A stretch of DNA of 64,000 nucleotides from contig ADNK01000166.1 of NCBI GenBank assembly GCA_000320545.1, positions 1 through 64,000 of the forward strand, given 5' to 3'. This document shows positions 46,873-61,434 of the stretch, piece by piece. The stretch's first letter is position 1; each line of letters begins with the position of its first letter. Source of the DNA: Bigelowiella natans CCMP2755. Taxonomy: Eukaryota; Protista; Cercozoa. The notes under the pieces are model-generated. The model was not told the origin of the DNA. It made no database searches and saw only the letters and a program-made list of their open reading frames with translations. Made by a program: the position numbers and the translations under genes.

Positions 46873-48359
46873 CTAATCCCTATCACTGATGATGGACAAA
46901 CGCTTGTCCACTTCTTCTTCAGTTAGAATTGTGAACCTGATATCGAGCCAATGTCGTTTAGAAAAACTGGCGGAAGGGGAAAAATTGTTCACAAAAAGAA
47001 ATATATGTTCCTGAAATATTGTACTTTATATGTGCACATATAATAATATTAAACTAGTAAGAAGACTCACTTTGGTACATCTACAGTAACGACTCCAACT
47101 TCAATGTCCTTTGGCTTAACATCCGATCCAAGGACTGTTTGTAGTGTAAGAATGGCAGCCTAGAGGAGGAACCAATTAGACGTAATTTAGAATTGAGCCG
47201 AACTTCGAGAAAATATTTAGGAACACTACTATCCAGTTGGCCACAACGCACCGCATCATTACCTCCATAGCTTGGTCAAATGTCATCTCAGAGTTAGCTT
47301 TAATTTTCTTTTCCAAGAGATTATTTGCTTCTTGTTCTTTGTGCCCTGCAGCAATAGCCTTGTAACCAACCTATGTTTAGCAAAGCAAATTAAGGAGGAC
47401 TCTCCACAGATGTACAACAATACATCTCTATGAACTAGTCGTCTATTTATTTTCTCCTTCGAACTTACGAAGAAGCCTGCGGGATCGACTTTGTACAACT
47501 CTGTTTTTTAACAACATTCTATCAGAAAAATAGAGGGAAAACATACTAATCAGTCAGATAGGCTATCGAAATGGTAACTACGTGGGATAGCCTCTTTGCC
47601 TTCCATATCTATTCCGCAGAAGATCGGTACTATATACAATGATATAAATGAGAACAATATCCAGTTGCGAAATGTGGGCGATATCTCTATAATGGCTGGG
47701 TTGTGTTAAGCATTCATACCTACGCCTAATGGACGCATAAAAGCGTGCTGCGTGTACACTTGGCAGATATCTGCAACACGCTTGGCAAGGTGTCCGACAG
47801 GAATATCGTATCCATTCTTGTATTTGAATTCTGCTGCCTCTTGACGAGCTCGTGTTACTTGATTCTTTGCATCGGCTGAACGTACAGAAAGGAGGCATGG
47901 GTGAGAATGGAATGGTCCTCTTTTCATTCCTATTTTTCTGGCGTTGTGAGAAGTGCGTACCAATAAGTCCAGTTGAAACGCAACCAATAGTGGGAGTTAT
48001 CTTAAAGAGATGAGATACTGAGGAAGGGACAATAAGCTTGTCCTACAAGGAAGAAGGAAAGAAGCACAGGAAACAAGATGTTACACGACTATGCATAAAA
48101 GTACTTATATGGAACATACCGCCACTTTCTTTTGCGTGACGACAATGACGCAATCTTTTCCACGAACTCCAATCGATGTCATGTTAGCATTCTTTACAGC
48201 CTTGAATGCGTATTCTGCGTAGATTGTCAAAGTGTTGTGGTTGACATATCCAAAATCTTGAGGAACACCAAAGAATCACTTACCAACTTGATACAGCTTT
48301 CCTTGTGGACTGAAAATAGTAATATGGCGGTCATAGCCAGCACTAGATCCTCTAGACAT
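46873..48359 (-). CDS. PSMA6: 20S proteasome subunit alpha type-6 (alpha1)
   Basis: Exons 48359-48284, 48214-48120, 48042-47961, 47875-47720, 47629-47582, 47500-47469, 47370-47263, 47159-47071, 46936-46873 give [32 protein letters not shown]...[17 protein letters not shown]...[11 protein letters not shown]...[15 protein letters not shown]. Confidence 0.96.
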
Positions 48360-49813
48360 GTTTTAAAATGGCTGGGGGGCGCGAGAGTGGAAGGAGGAAG
48401 GAAGCTCAGAGCTTTAGCTTGCAAATGGTGCTTCTGCAAAAGTTAAATACAACACATTTTGCCACTACGACAACAAGATTATCCTTCATTCTGGATTAGT
48501 TCACGCCATTCTTCACATGATGTAAGTTGCGTGTCACCAGACTTAGGTTGGAAAATTCGCGCAGAGATTCGACAGACATGCGGAATGGCTTGGGACAAAA
48601 AAACTACGATGTCTCCCGCACAGCTATGAGACAAACGTCTGATTCCCTTCAAATGTGTCATAGCGAAAGCGAATAGAGGGAAGATTTAATTTTGCGACAA
48701 TGCAACCCGACTCCAAAATTTGTGGTCGTATAGTTTTTCATAAAACAAGGCAAAAGCCACATCTTCGACAACATATAATGTGTACTTTTCCATCATTAAA
48801 ATAAAAAATTTCCGGCACCAAAAATATTTTATTATATATCTACGACACAATCAAATCGTTGTCGTTATTATGCAGAAATGATGAATCTAGCGATCATCCT
48901 CGCGAAGAATGATGTCATTAAAAATATTTAATCGGTCATTCTTCACCTGGGGTAGGGATGCGCCTTTTTGAGATGAAGGCCAGACAATCATATTGACGCA
49001 TGTACAAAAATATATATATTTAGGAATATACTATGAAAATCTCACAATTATCGGTAAAAACCCGATATTTAATTAAATCTGGCCAGAATGTGAATATCAG
49101 ATATGTATTCGTGCTAAAGGTAGAGTTTTCGAAGGATAATAATGACATTATACTTAGTTAAAATATATTTTCGATATCAAATGTATTATATTCTCTCCTC
49201 TCTCGAATAAATTTGCGACTTATCTGTGCTGCATATCCCTTTCTTCGACTAGGCCGACGTAACCAGCAATATTCCGAAGTGTCGCAGTAGCACATGAATA
49301 ATAAAAATTATGCCCTTAATTTGTACAAAAAATTAGTTAGATTAGCTCTCTTTTGCAATAATTTGCCTTCATACTGGTCGCTTAATTTATCGGGATTTTT
49401 AATCTGGAAAACCTGCGCAAGTACAGAAATGGCTCTCGTTTAATAAATAAAAGACAACGATATTATCATGACGGTAATAAGAAATATATGTCATCTTGCC
49501 AAATCCCTTCAAATATTTGCCTCCCTCTTGGGACTGATAATTGAAATTTCCAGCCAATCACAAACATTATGAATAGCAAAATGTCGTGTAAAATATTATT
49601 TGAGACAACGTTTTTGTGAATTCTGATTCTACATCATACTACATTTGTGAAGAAATTAAATCTAAAATGTAAAACTTAGATCTGGTTCCATTGGGCCAAT
49701 ACTGCGCTAAGAAGAAACTCTTGCACTCACATCTTAAATAGGCAAGAGGTGCGCCTGCCCTACCTTCTCTGCCAATTCCAAACAGAATCCATTCTTCAAT
49801 AGTCAGTTTGTAG

Positions 49814-50419
<606 letters not shown>

Positions 50420-50559
50420 ATTTTTAGTTTCACATGAGAATGATGATGAGACAATGCATCTTGTGAAATTAGACCTTGAAATCACACTGAGCTTTGAGCC
50501 TAAAACAATTGCTGTAAAAGCATCTGACTTGCGCACTTGAGGATGCAGTGTACACGCAC

Positions 50560-51550
50560 ATTTTCACCCACCTACGTACAGAGCTACCTGTATAGCTACT
50601 GCATGTGCAGCGACCGTGCAGCACTGCTAGACAAGCGCAGCTAGCGTAGCATCTTGTGTCTTGTGCGGCTTGTCATCCTGCTCCATGGTGCCACTGCACA
50701 TGCTCTAGTGCTGTACATTGTTACATTGTGCATTGCATTGACTGTCGCAGCATGCCAAGCGCAGGTAGAACATTCTGCAAAGAAATGAACTGCGCCTCGC
50801 AAATATGCAGTGTTGCTAGCAGCTGCGCGCGAGGCCAATGCTACGTGCGACTGCTACGACGCGTGCTAGACTAGCTAGCTGCTAGCTAGATGATGCACGC
50901 CGGGTGATGATTCGATGGACACAGCAATGTGATGTGTTTGTGTTATACATATGAAATATGCATGCAATAACATGTTGCATGTCGCATCATGAGCATATAA
51001 GCATGCATGACAGGGAATAATCAACCATGCAATACAGGCCCATCTCTACTAGTCTAGATCTAGCCATGACAATGATCTTGCTAGCATGTGTGTGAAGCAT
51101 GAAAGCTGAGTTACAGTTTCTCTACTACATACATGCACACTTACAGTTGTCGAGCTAGCATAGCTATGCTAGATGTTATTGGAAAAACAACAGCAGTACA
51201 TGCTAGCATGTAATGTTGACTATGGACACAGTACACTGTGGATATAACGATATAACACATATGCATGTCGTCTATTGTGTTCTAGTGTTGCATGTATGTA
51301 TGTCACACATGTCAAATTAAGTTGTCTGTAAAAATGTAGGGCTAGCTAGCTAGCCATCTGTGTGCATTGTAAGTATATGGACTTATAACTATGTAAGGCA
51401 TTGTAGCACATGCTAGCATGGCATGCAACTCGAACTGACACATCTAGACATGTGCATTCAGTGCGAAGTCGCAAGTAACCACGTGCCAGCAAAATGTCTT
51501 TGTGTGTGTTGTGTGTTGTGTGTGTGTATGTGTGTGCGTTTGTGTGCGTG
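50560..51550. other. GCTAGC/CATG/TGCA-rich tract between convergent ARF1 and SmD3 3' ends
   Basis: About ten GCTAGC hexamers in ~1 kb plus dense CATG/TGCA. Confidence 0.7.
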
Positions 51551-51717
51551 GAAGGCATACATTTTTTTAAAAATCTGTTAATTCGCTGATAATGTAGAAC
51601 TTCGCGTCAACAGGAAACTCTACTTTTACGAAAAAATCCGTTTCAAGAGGTGCTTAGCTACAGCTTGTGAGATGATCTCTGTGATCCACGAATGTTTCAA
51701 TCACAGTTATAGACTCA

Positions 51718-52237
51718 TTAATGCTTGATGTTTCGTTGCCTTGCCGGAGTACCTCTGCCCAAGCCGAGAACTGAAAAAATACATTTATAACATGAGCTTT
51801 TTCGTGCCGGAAATCTTCTCAGATTTTTCACAACCAACCTGCATTGGATTTGTGCTTAGGATCGAATCTTTTGAACATAGGAGCATTCTTGAGCATATCT
51901 GGGAGAATCAAAAAGCGGATCTTACTCCCGCGAAGGTAGACCTGTTCCACCTTCTTTTGCTGTACATCAAAAAAGAAAGAATGTACGTTTTTAAATGAAT
52001 CAATCTTGGCGAACGCATTTCACAAGCTATGATGCTGTATCATTCGGATACGTTGTGCACAAAAAGTACCTGGCCATCCCTCTCGGTTAACGTGACATTC
52101 TGCATTTTGCAGTTCATGTTGTCCTCGCAGTCCACCATTAGCCCACGGTAAACCTCGCCATTTTTTAACTCCACAGTGACGATGTGGCCTTCTGATTCGT
52201 GTAACAGCTTAATGGGAACTCCTATGGATGCTGGCAT
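51718..52237 (-). CDS. SNRPD3: Small nuclear ribonucleoprotein Sm D3
   Basis: Exons 52237-52070, 51959-51839, 51770-51718: [27 protein letters not shown]...[27 protein letters not shown]...LGLGRG. Confidence 0.95.
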
Positions 52238-52480
52238 CTTTGTTTTGATCTAGGTTGCAATCGATTAATTCCTATTGGAGGAGGGAGAAAACTGAGCTTT
52301 CTTCGGGGCCTGCAGTGCGCGGTTTGCAATTTTCAGATCGGAATATTTGGCCTCAATCTGTGATTATTGCCATATATTTCAATATTTTAATATATTATGT
52401 TGTCGTACAGGATTTATTACCTATAATATTACTATTACAGTATCAAGCTAGACTTCACTATTTCTTGTCGCGATCGGAGA

Positions 52481-52554
52481 ATGGCGGAGGAGGTTCCTGC
52501 CACGCATGTCTATGGAACTTAGAAAGATTTGATTGTGATAGTTTTGGAAAGTCT

Positions 52555-52622
<68 letters not shown>

Positions 52623-53126
52623 ATAGCTAATAAAATATTCTGAAATCGTTTTGGCTTAGTGGAGACAGCTTTGTGGATGGCGAGGGGAGTTATACACTGT
52701 GATAGTAGCCCGCAACATACACAAAACGTGGTTGGGATGCATTCGAGCTCATCCCTTGAGCAAATAGTATTTTCATTAGCATATTATTCTTATCTTGGAC
52801 AATCAAATAGGCTGAAAATGTAGAGGTGGAGGGGCAAGGGACACAGGATGACATGGTTGTTGAGGAAGCCGATGCACAGAAAAAGAACAAAGAAGTAGAA
52901 GCTGAGGAAGGGGAGAGTGATGATGATGAGGATGACGATGAGGACGAGGATGAGGACGAAGACGAAGATGAAGACGAGGATGAAGATGAAGAAAAACTTA
53001 TTATGTTTCGAAATTACAAACCGAGGGACAAAGATCTTGCAGAGAATACAGTGGAGACTTTCAAGTTCATAGCAGAAGGTTAGTTTTCAATATTTACCAA
53101 AATCAGTTTTAACCTTGGCAGCTATG

Positions 53127-53174
<48 letters not shown>

Positions 53175-53673
53175 ACGTAAAATATTTAGACATGAAGTGG
53201 CTGGATGAACAAATGAAGGAATTCGAAATAAGAGCAATGCCTAGCAAAGAGGAAGAATTTATAATCGCCCCGCAGACACCGAATTGGGATTTAAAACGAG
53301 ATATGAAGGTGAATTATTGAGACACCACGGAAAATATGTGCCGGTGGAATTATATGGAATAAAACTGAGTCGAAAATAAGAAAGAGGGGAGAAGAGGAAG
53401 AAAGATAGGAATACTTTAAAAAAAAATACGATTTGATTCAATTTGCTTGTGTGCAGAGAAGATATTCCAATGGAAAAATTATAAAATTTTAATGTGAATG
53501 TTGTGCTGTGGCAGAAACGGCAAGAGAGGCTTGATTTCCTCACCCAAAAAGCAATCGCGGACGTTCTAGCTAAGCGTAAGAAGGAAGAAGAAGATGAAGA
53601 CGAAGATGATTCCTCCGATGATGACGATGATGAAGACGATGATGATGAGGATGAGTCCGAATCAAGCAGTTAG
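52481..53673 (+). CDS. CCDC12: CCDC12/Cwf18-like splicing factor with long acidic tracts
   Basis: Exons 52481-52492 (inferred start), 52811-53078, 53190-53308, 53515-53673. Motifs LIMFRNYKPRD, IAPQTPNWDLKRDM, RLDFLTQKAIAD match Cwf18. Confidence 0.8.
52560..52620. repeat. Long perfect (AG)n microsatellite, representative of dozens of (CA)n, (AG)n, (TA)n, (GTA)n and (CTT)n runs in introns across the window
   Basis: Direct inspection; lies in the first CCDC12 intron. Confidence 0.95.
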
Positions 53674-54577
53674 ACACTAACAAACGTTTAGCTGTTTCGG
53701 TTACAGCGTAATCCGAGTTAACATGATAAATGCGATGCGTGTTGCGCACAAGTAATTCTAGAATTGAACATTGTCACACAGAATCTAGAAATCGAAACCA
53801 AAAAGAGGAGTATTCAATTGCGAGATGCGCCGGAGCATTGTATGTAGCAGCGCGCCATCATTGCACATTTGGCTCCGCAAGGTCAGCAGGGAACAGACAT
53901 ACGCGATACATGCGGCCGTAGCACTGTAGCGGCTGCATTGCACAGCTAGCTACATGAGTACATGAGGATGACCATTGAACAAATTTATAATTGATTCATT
54001 GCATCCGTCTTGCATGCGGCTGCATCGCCATCAGGCATCTGAGATTTGATGCAGCATCGTAACACATCGCACTGACTGTTACATCTTGATCGGTGCGCAT
54101 AGTAGTCACTACCTCTGTGCTTGCTTATTGCGCGCATCTGAGCAGAGCTAGAGAGCTAGGTCGTATCGATCGCTACATGCGTGCTACTGCTGCCGCTGCA
54201 TGCAAGCATACACTTCGTTAATTTTGAAACTCGCACTGAGTGATCACACATGACTACTCGTGGCGTGATTCGTGACTAATTGAAATGCATGAACACTGCC
54301 AGAATCGTTGTACTTGAGCTACCCCGAGTCGTGTTCATCTGACGCTTCGATCGTTTCGAACTTTGAGTGACGACACGTTTGTCCGGATGCTTGTGCTGCG
54401 GCAGTGTACTCTCTTACTTTTGTACGAATAGTAGCTGAAGCTTGGCAACCATGACCATGCGGACACGAGGCATTTACGACCATGCGGACGCGAGGCATGT
54501 CGTGATCGCGCGTTTACCACACCGTCAACTGTCTTTCCATTGCTACGTTCTGAGAGCTATTTCAATACAAGCGATTG

Positions 54578-55328
54578 CTAACCAGACAGCTTTTCTTCTT
54601 CGCCACGCACCTTACTTTCTCGCCCACCATTCTGCTGCCCGTCCTCACTGAGATGTCGGCGCAAGATGTCAACGATGCTCCCTATATAGTCAACGTTAAT
54701 TCCGTTGATCTGGTCGTCCCAAAATTTACTTCCTGCGTCCTCGTTTAGGCCTCGAAGCTTCTCCACCATGGCGCGCAAACGCTGTGATGAGAGGAGTAAG
54801 CATTTAAACGGAAAAGCTTGCGAAATAGAAAACTAGCGAAAGGAAGACGCATGAGTAGCAAGTTTTCCCTATTTTTGTAAAAGCTGCGTGAAACACATCA
54901 ACAGGTTTTTCATGTCTATGTGGGTGTGGCGTCCTACAAATATATGCCTCCACTGTACAGAATCGAGGGTTGTTTGCACAAGCGTGAACATGGAGTGCTA
55001 TGGAAGAGGAACCTTCTTTGAGAGCTCGGCTACGGCTCTGTCAGATGCGTTCTTGAAGCCGATCATCATCTCCTTTATAGCTTCCTTGGGAAGGTTTCCC
55101 ATACACCTGATTAGATGATGAATATTGTAAATATGATTTATGTATGAAAGTGCTATAAATGTACACACACACACACACACACACATAAACACTCATGTTT
55201 CCTCATTTATTACAAAATACATCACACTCATTGGTATGAAAATGAAAATGGGGAGGGGATGAGGGAGGGGTTGGGTTGTCTGCAGTACGTTCTTTTGGCC
55301 CAAAATGGAGCAAGATTCTCCCATTCCT

Positions 55329-55381
<53 letters not shown>

Positions 55382-57379
55382 GGAGGGAGAGAGGGAGAGA
55401 GATCATGATACTCACCTAAAATGTTTTTGCATTGGTTACTCGACGAACAAAACAACCAATCGCACATATGATGGACAAAGCGAAAAAACTACTCTACGTA
55501 TTTTTCACTACTGCACACCATGAAGGGAAAAAAAAACCTGCTCATCACATTCTCTTCGGTTAACCCCCCCCCCCCCCCCCCACACACACATCCTTTCCGC
55601 CACTCCTCGCTGTCTATACCTCTACTTTGGTGGCCTTGTCGTCTGCCATCTTCTCGCACAGCAGCTTGACCTTGCAGAGATGCCTCTCCCTATTCTGCTG
55701 TGAGGTCGGACATATGACGCGATTGTCCAGTGCATACATCACGCCCTCCGAAAACATGATGTTGTCCGGGTTACCCTGATCGTAGTAACGCAAGTGTGAA
55801 TTCACGTAAATAGGCTGGTGGGATGGTGTCTGTTTCTCGTCGTCGTCGTCGCCACCTCTCTAGAATCACCTAGTGCTACCACTACCACCACTACCACTAC
55901 TACTACTGCTGCTGCTGCTAATACTGCTGCTACTGCTACCATATTGCTCCAAATAAGAGGCAGGCGGTCGAAGTTGCTTATGATCACATCCAACAAGATG
56001 ATTCCTGATGTGAGATGGAGGAGGAAGTAGTAGTAAGACGACGACGACGACGACGACGACACTTTTGGCATCCATCCTCGACAAAGAAAAGAAAAATAGT
56101 CAGCAGCGGTGTATAGTGCAAGGATGATCTCTTCCGATCTTGACGAACAATGCCGACGAGACATTTGAGACCCGCGTCGGTTGTGTCACAATACTATCTT
56201 ATTCGGTGGCGTGTCCCCCTCCTCCCTTCTCATATTAATTTCCAGCGCCACATCATCACAAACACTCATCATACTATGGTAGCAGCAGCAGCAGGCAGTA
56301 GAAATTGTGTGCCAGCCCCCACACCTCCAATTTGCCGCAGAGCTGCTTTGCCGGGAATTTCTTTTAGCACCGCCAGCGGACGCCCTTTGATGAACTCCAT
56401 CACTCCGAGGCTCCGCCGTTGCAGGATGCGCGAAATTCCTATTCGCGTGCCCATGCTCGCGGTTCTCTTTAGTGCTGCCTGTATTTCCTGTGTACACACA
56501 CACACACGCACACACACACACACACAATGTATATACAATATTCAAATATTGTGTGCGCGCGCGCGCACGTGTGTGTGTACCCAAAATCTACGCTCCCAAA
56601 CAATGGTTCATAATCCGAAACATAAGCCTCTCTGAAACATGCATATCTTCTCTCCCGCGGGGCTCTCAGGCCTCAGGTCTCGCCAGAAAATCGTCAGTCA
56701 TCATCATCATCATCATAATATTCAGCGGTTTATCATCAGCACTGCCTTCTTACCTTATACTCGCTTGTTTTATGCTGCGCGAGTCGCATCTGAGGGGCAG
56801 CGACACCGATAGCTGCAGCCATCCACGAACCGAACATTTCCTCCGCCAAGGCACTGCCAGACTTGAGGCACAGCACCTTTTTTGATTTTTTTCCCATGAT
56901 ATTTGGAATGCTGGGGTGATGCATCGCGACGCCACGTACGTTTTTATTCACACGCACGCACACATATGTACTGCATTTGCATTATCATTAAAAAAAATAA
57001 ATTATAAAATACACATGCATATGCATATGCGTGTCTGTCTGTTTGTGTGTGTATGCGATTGAGTGCTTGTATCATCCTGGATTGTACCCCTTCAGGAAGG
57101 AGACAGAAGACAACGCCGCTACTTCCGCTCTCTGATTTCTTCGATACCACCAGCTTTCGCCATATTTCCGGCTTCACACACCCACCCACACACACACACA
57201 CATACACAAACACACACACACAGTTATAGAAGGACTTCACGTACGTCAGAGTTTTAGCATAGTCACCAACACCACCACCGTTCTAGTTCTGCTACTACCG
57301 TGAGAGCCTTTTCGTCAATTGGGTGGGGGGGATGTGAAGAGGGGGAAAATTCTTCTGTTCTGCTGCGAGCCTGCGTTAG

Positions 57380-57418
<39 letters not shown>

Positions 57419-57710
57419 TTTATAGATATCATCTTTATCATAGGTTTATTTTCCATCTTGTCACAGCAGTGATCCTCGTCTGCACTGTGTAATATAAACA
57501 CGAAATCTGCTCCTGGAAGCCTACGCGCACGCACACGTATACACAACTCACCATTTGTGGAAGCGTGGATGGAAGTTGCACGGACTGTTGAACTGCATTC
57601 GAATTGCTGGACTTCGACTCTATAGTTGGGGGGGGGGCAGCGCCAAAAAGACGCTGAATAGCCGATTTCGAGCAGCCTTCACTTTCCATTATCTGCCATA
57701 TACACAAGAG

Positions 57711-57765
<55 letters not shown>

Positions 57766-58750
57766 CCCACACACACACAAACATACACACAAATCTCTAT
57801 TCATCATGCGTCGACGCTGTATTATTACGTGGTAGAGGTTGAATTTGGGCATTTTACCCCGCTTGAGAAGCCTATTGTATCTGAATCGCGAAAAGGTCGA
57901 AAGGGAAGCAAGAGGGTAATAAGCAACGGGATAATCAAAGCATAGAAAGTTTGTACAATAATACATATATGAGAGGGGGGGGGGGGGGGGATTGAGAAAG
58001 GGAAGACTAAGAGATATCGTGTTCCGGTAAGACGTCAGATGTGTTCTTCTTGAAGTTACCTTTTGACTTCTGGATCTGTCTTCAGAGACGAATCTGTCAT
58101 CCAAGGCCGTGAAGTCGGTTGCGGTGCAGAGCCCGTTCCTCCCCCTAAATTAAGATTCAAAAAGCTGGTCAATTCTCGATATTTATACATTATTCCTAAT
58201 GCGCATTCTGAACCTTACTAGAGTACGATCATATAGTTGTGGTGAGTATAGGTCACGTATCCAATCCCTTACCCCTCCATATTCCCCCCCCTCCTCCCAA
58301 ACACAAGCTAATCAGTGCGTAAAGACGCAGGTACAGGACAAAAACAATACACACACTCTTGGGAACATCACATCTACCTGATCGGGATAGGACAGCCTCC
58401 ACGATTGCATCCTTGTTAGCTCCTAAGGGAATATGAATCCCCATTCCTTTTGCCTAGGTGTCATCAACAGAAACAAATACCAGTCGGGATCGGCGATGTT
58501 TTTTTGAAAACAGCTCCCTCACTCGTACCAACAACTTGAGGTCCTTATATTTCATCCCTTCCAGCTGTGCTCTCGTGTATACACCATTCCCCGTCGGTCC
58601 CGTGCTGACATTCATAGATTTGGGACGGGGATCGTCCGAAGAAGCGTTGCAGGCTCCCAGGATGGCAACGTGGAGGGGTTCTTGTTTGGCAAAATGGGGT
58701 CCGACTGTGGCAGATGCACTTTCGTCAAGGATAGGGGATATTATAGACAT
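54578..58750 (-). CDS. Actin-fragmin kinase (AFK)-family atypical kinase with N-terminal SAP/Rho-N-like helix-extension-helix; ends approximate
   Basis: Exonic segments SESGSSGVVFCLLPEG, VLCLKSGSALAEEMFGSWMAAAIGVAAPQMRL, VMEFIKGRPL, IILLDVIISNFDRLPLIWSNM|GNPDNIMFSEGVMYALDN parallel the AFK catalytic motifs (NNSDRLP.W..EGNxDNIM...D). Upstream exons give LEGMKYKDLKLL|AKGMGIHIPLGANKDAIVEAVL. Confidence 0.72.
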
Positions 58751-59689
58751 AAAAATATCGTAAAAACTACCAACTTCGTAATCATTTTTTTTTCCGACAT
58801 AAGCTTCGTTTTTCCCCCAAGGAAGACAAGTATTTTCTAACGCTTGGATGTAGCTCCGAGCTTCTTCGGCTTCTCAGGCGAAATTTCCTGTGAAGGAAAT
58901 TGTGGAGAGACGCTAAAAGCATAAATTCATTGCGGATTTTATCCTGCGACTTGACTTCCGATGATTGAAGAAATCGAAACAGATTCCCGCCATATTGGAT
59001 AGGAATGGGATGGACGATTCGGTGAAGGAGATCGTTGATGCGACCTTCGAAACGATTCGGAGGCGCGGCGCAGGTGATAATTCAGTCCTGTTAAAATAGC
59101 TAAGGAGTATAGGAATGACTACACGAGGAAAGTCTGGAATAGAATGCAATGCATCGCAATTATCACCTGAATCATACCAAAAGCTAATTACTGTGCACTG
59201 GGTTACACCTGTGCTCTAAATGAAAAAAACCATGGCATTTGTGTCTTTTTGATCGTGGCTACTATTAACAAGTCGAACCTGAGGACCTCAAGACGCTTTA
59301 TTTCTTCTTCGGAAGCACATTAGAGAAAGCTCTGGGTAAAAAAAAATATACTTTCGATCGAACACTCGGTTCAAATTGACTTTGTGTTAGATATTTACGA
59401 CGCGGAACTGGTATCGAAACGAGTAGCAATGCCAAGCCAGCGGACATTTTACACCGTCGAAGGAACACTAGCTTTTCCGTATGTTGTCATGGAGAATTGG
59501 TGCTCTTGCCCCGGTACTATTGATGAATGAAAAGGAAGTCAAGGCAAAAGGATCACATATTTTTTGTTATAAATCAGCGTTCTCAAAGTCCATAGCCAAA
59601 GGATGTCGTGAAATGGTTTGAATATCGATTGTATGTGACGCTATGACCCTACCCTAAGATTGAAATTCATTTGCAGTGTAAACATCAAT

Positions 59690-59994
59690 TGGCCGTCAAA
59701 TTGGCTGATGCCTCCGGCCAAGCTAGAGTCCAGGAAATAAATGACAAGTCGTTTTTAATTCACAAATATTATACCAATCACATCTCAATCACTATTACAA
59801 TGAGGATACTGCTTTTGCTCGATTCCTCAGGGACTTTTCGAGAGAGGTTTGCGAAGACAAGAATAACGGTCTAAACGAGTTGTCAAGGCAGTATAAAACA
59901 AGGATGGTTGAAGCAGCAAAGATGAGCTAGCTAGAACAGCAAATTATGTGTTGGATGACGTACTCATAATATACGTATGTGTGTATGTACTTGT

Positions 59995-60043
<49 letters not shown>

Positions 60044-61434
60044 CACACAGCCTTGTGTGTTGAACGTCGCAGCTTATTGCATTTTCACATATGGCTGCGT
60101 GTGCGTTGCTACTTCTCTACCCATGCGTTACGTGTTATACTCGACGTCGCCGCCAGAGAGCAAGGAAGAAGCTTTGCTCACCAAGCAATGTTCACGCTGC
60201 AGAAGAGCTAGCGCTAGAGCGAATAAATAACTGATGTACATCTTAGCGTTATGTATGTACGTATACGCACATCCTCTGCGGACGCTGCTGGCATGCAAGT
60301 GCATTATTCCTCATTCCTGGTATCGACTAGTCGAACCTATCACGATGCCTGGGCAGCAACGCTTGAACAATCTTCGCTAGGATCGCATGAACAAAGATAC
60401 ATGTGTACGTACGTACATACATGCGAGTTCTTCCTACTCTAGTACTCGCTGCACATCTAGACATGTTTCAAGCCAATCACTCTCAAATTTCTGGAGCCTA
60501 TTAGTGTCTAAATTGTGCGCATCACCTTCATGCGTCAGCAGATCATGTAAACGCGCAACATTGGCCCACTATACCATATTCTAACATAGCGTGAGGCAAG
60601 AAGGAGACAGAAGGAGCATATGATAGAAAGATGTCAAGAAGCCGTAACATTGTGTGGTCATTTGAATGACAAATTAAGAACTGCTATTTTTCACATTATT
60701 AAATATTGATTCAGAGGTCGCAACGTTCGAGGATTAATTGTGTAATAATGGATTCTGCAATACTAACTATGAAAGTTATCTAAATAGAAAAATAATTTGT
60801 TCATTCGGGGTTCAAGTTCTTCATTGACATGTACAGATTCAAAAGATGAATTCCAATTTTTAGCCCCATTTCTTGAATCAGCTGCGCCGTGACATTGTCC
60901 TTATTGACATCTGAACCAGTGCTCATAGCTTCATTCACCTTGCTTTGAACGGTTGACTCCACAACTTGGTTCCAACCCTTTTCATGGCCCACTTGCTTTC
61001 TCTCCTGAGTCTCGGAACAGTTGGACTCCTTGTCCGTTTTTTGTTTTTGATCATCAGTATTTATCTGCTGAGCTGTACTATTTTCATTTTTCTTGCCAGA
61101 ACGCTTCTCAGAACTCAGGGAGGTAGCTGACTTATCAACATTTTGGGTGACAATGATGGTTTCATCTAATACATGCAAGGGGGGCAATTCCTCAGGTAAA
61201 ACTTCTGCAGTAGAAAGATCGAAGATGAATCTCTTTCCCTGCGTGATGAACAGATGGGTCAGCGCAACTTCTAAAAACAGTTTGAGTCGCTAATTTACCT
61301 CACTGGTAAGCATTCGAAGCTCATAGAAATTGCTGGAGAATTCTATTTTAGTTGCGCTTTTTAATTCGTTACCCAGTTTTAAACTCATCAGTAACTTCCT
61401 TTCCTGTGTCACAAACAGATACTGGTATGCCTTG
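59690..61434 (-). CDS. Probable multi-exon gene of unknown function (may or may not be continuous with the kinase gene)
   Basis: Open minus-strand segments AYQYLFVTQ...RMLTSE|GKRFIFDLSTAEVLPEEL...NLNPE (60-nt intron 61239-61298), plus further protein-like segments at ~60560-60680, 60435-60550, 59790-59870. Confidence 0.4.

Noticed and set aside
61239-61298. In-frame TAG inside an otherwise open minus-strand frame (possible readthrough or 9-nt intron)
   Set aside because: Explained by an ordinary 60-nt GT...GCTGAC...CAG phase-0 intron.
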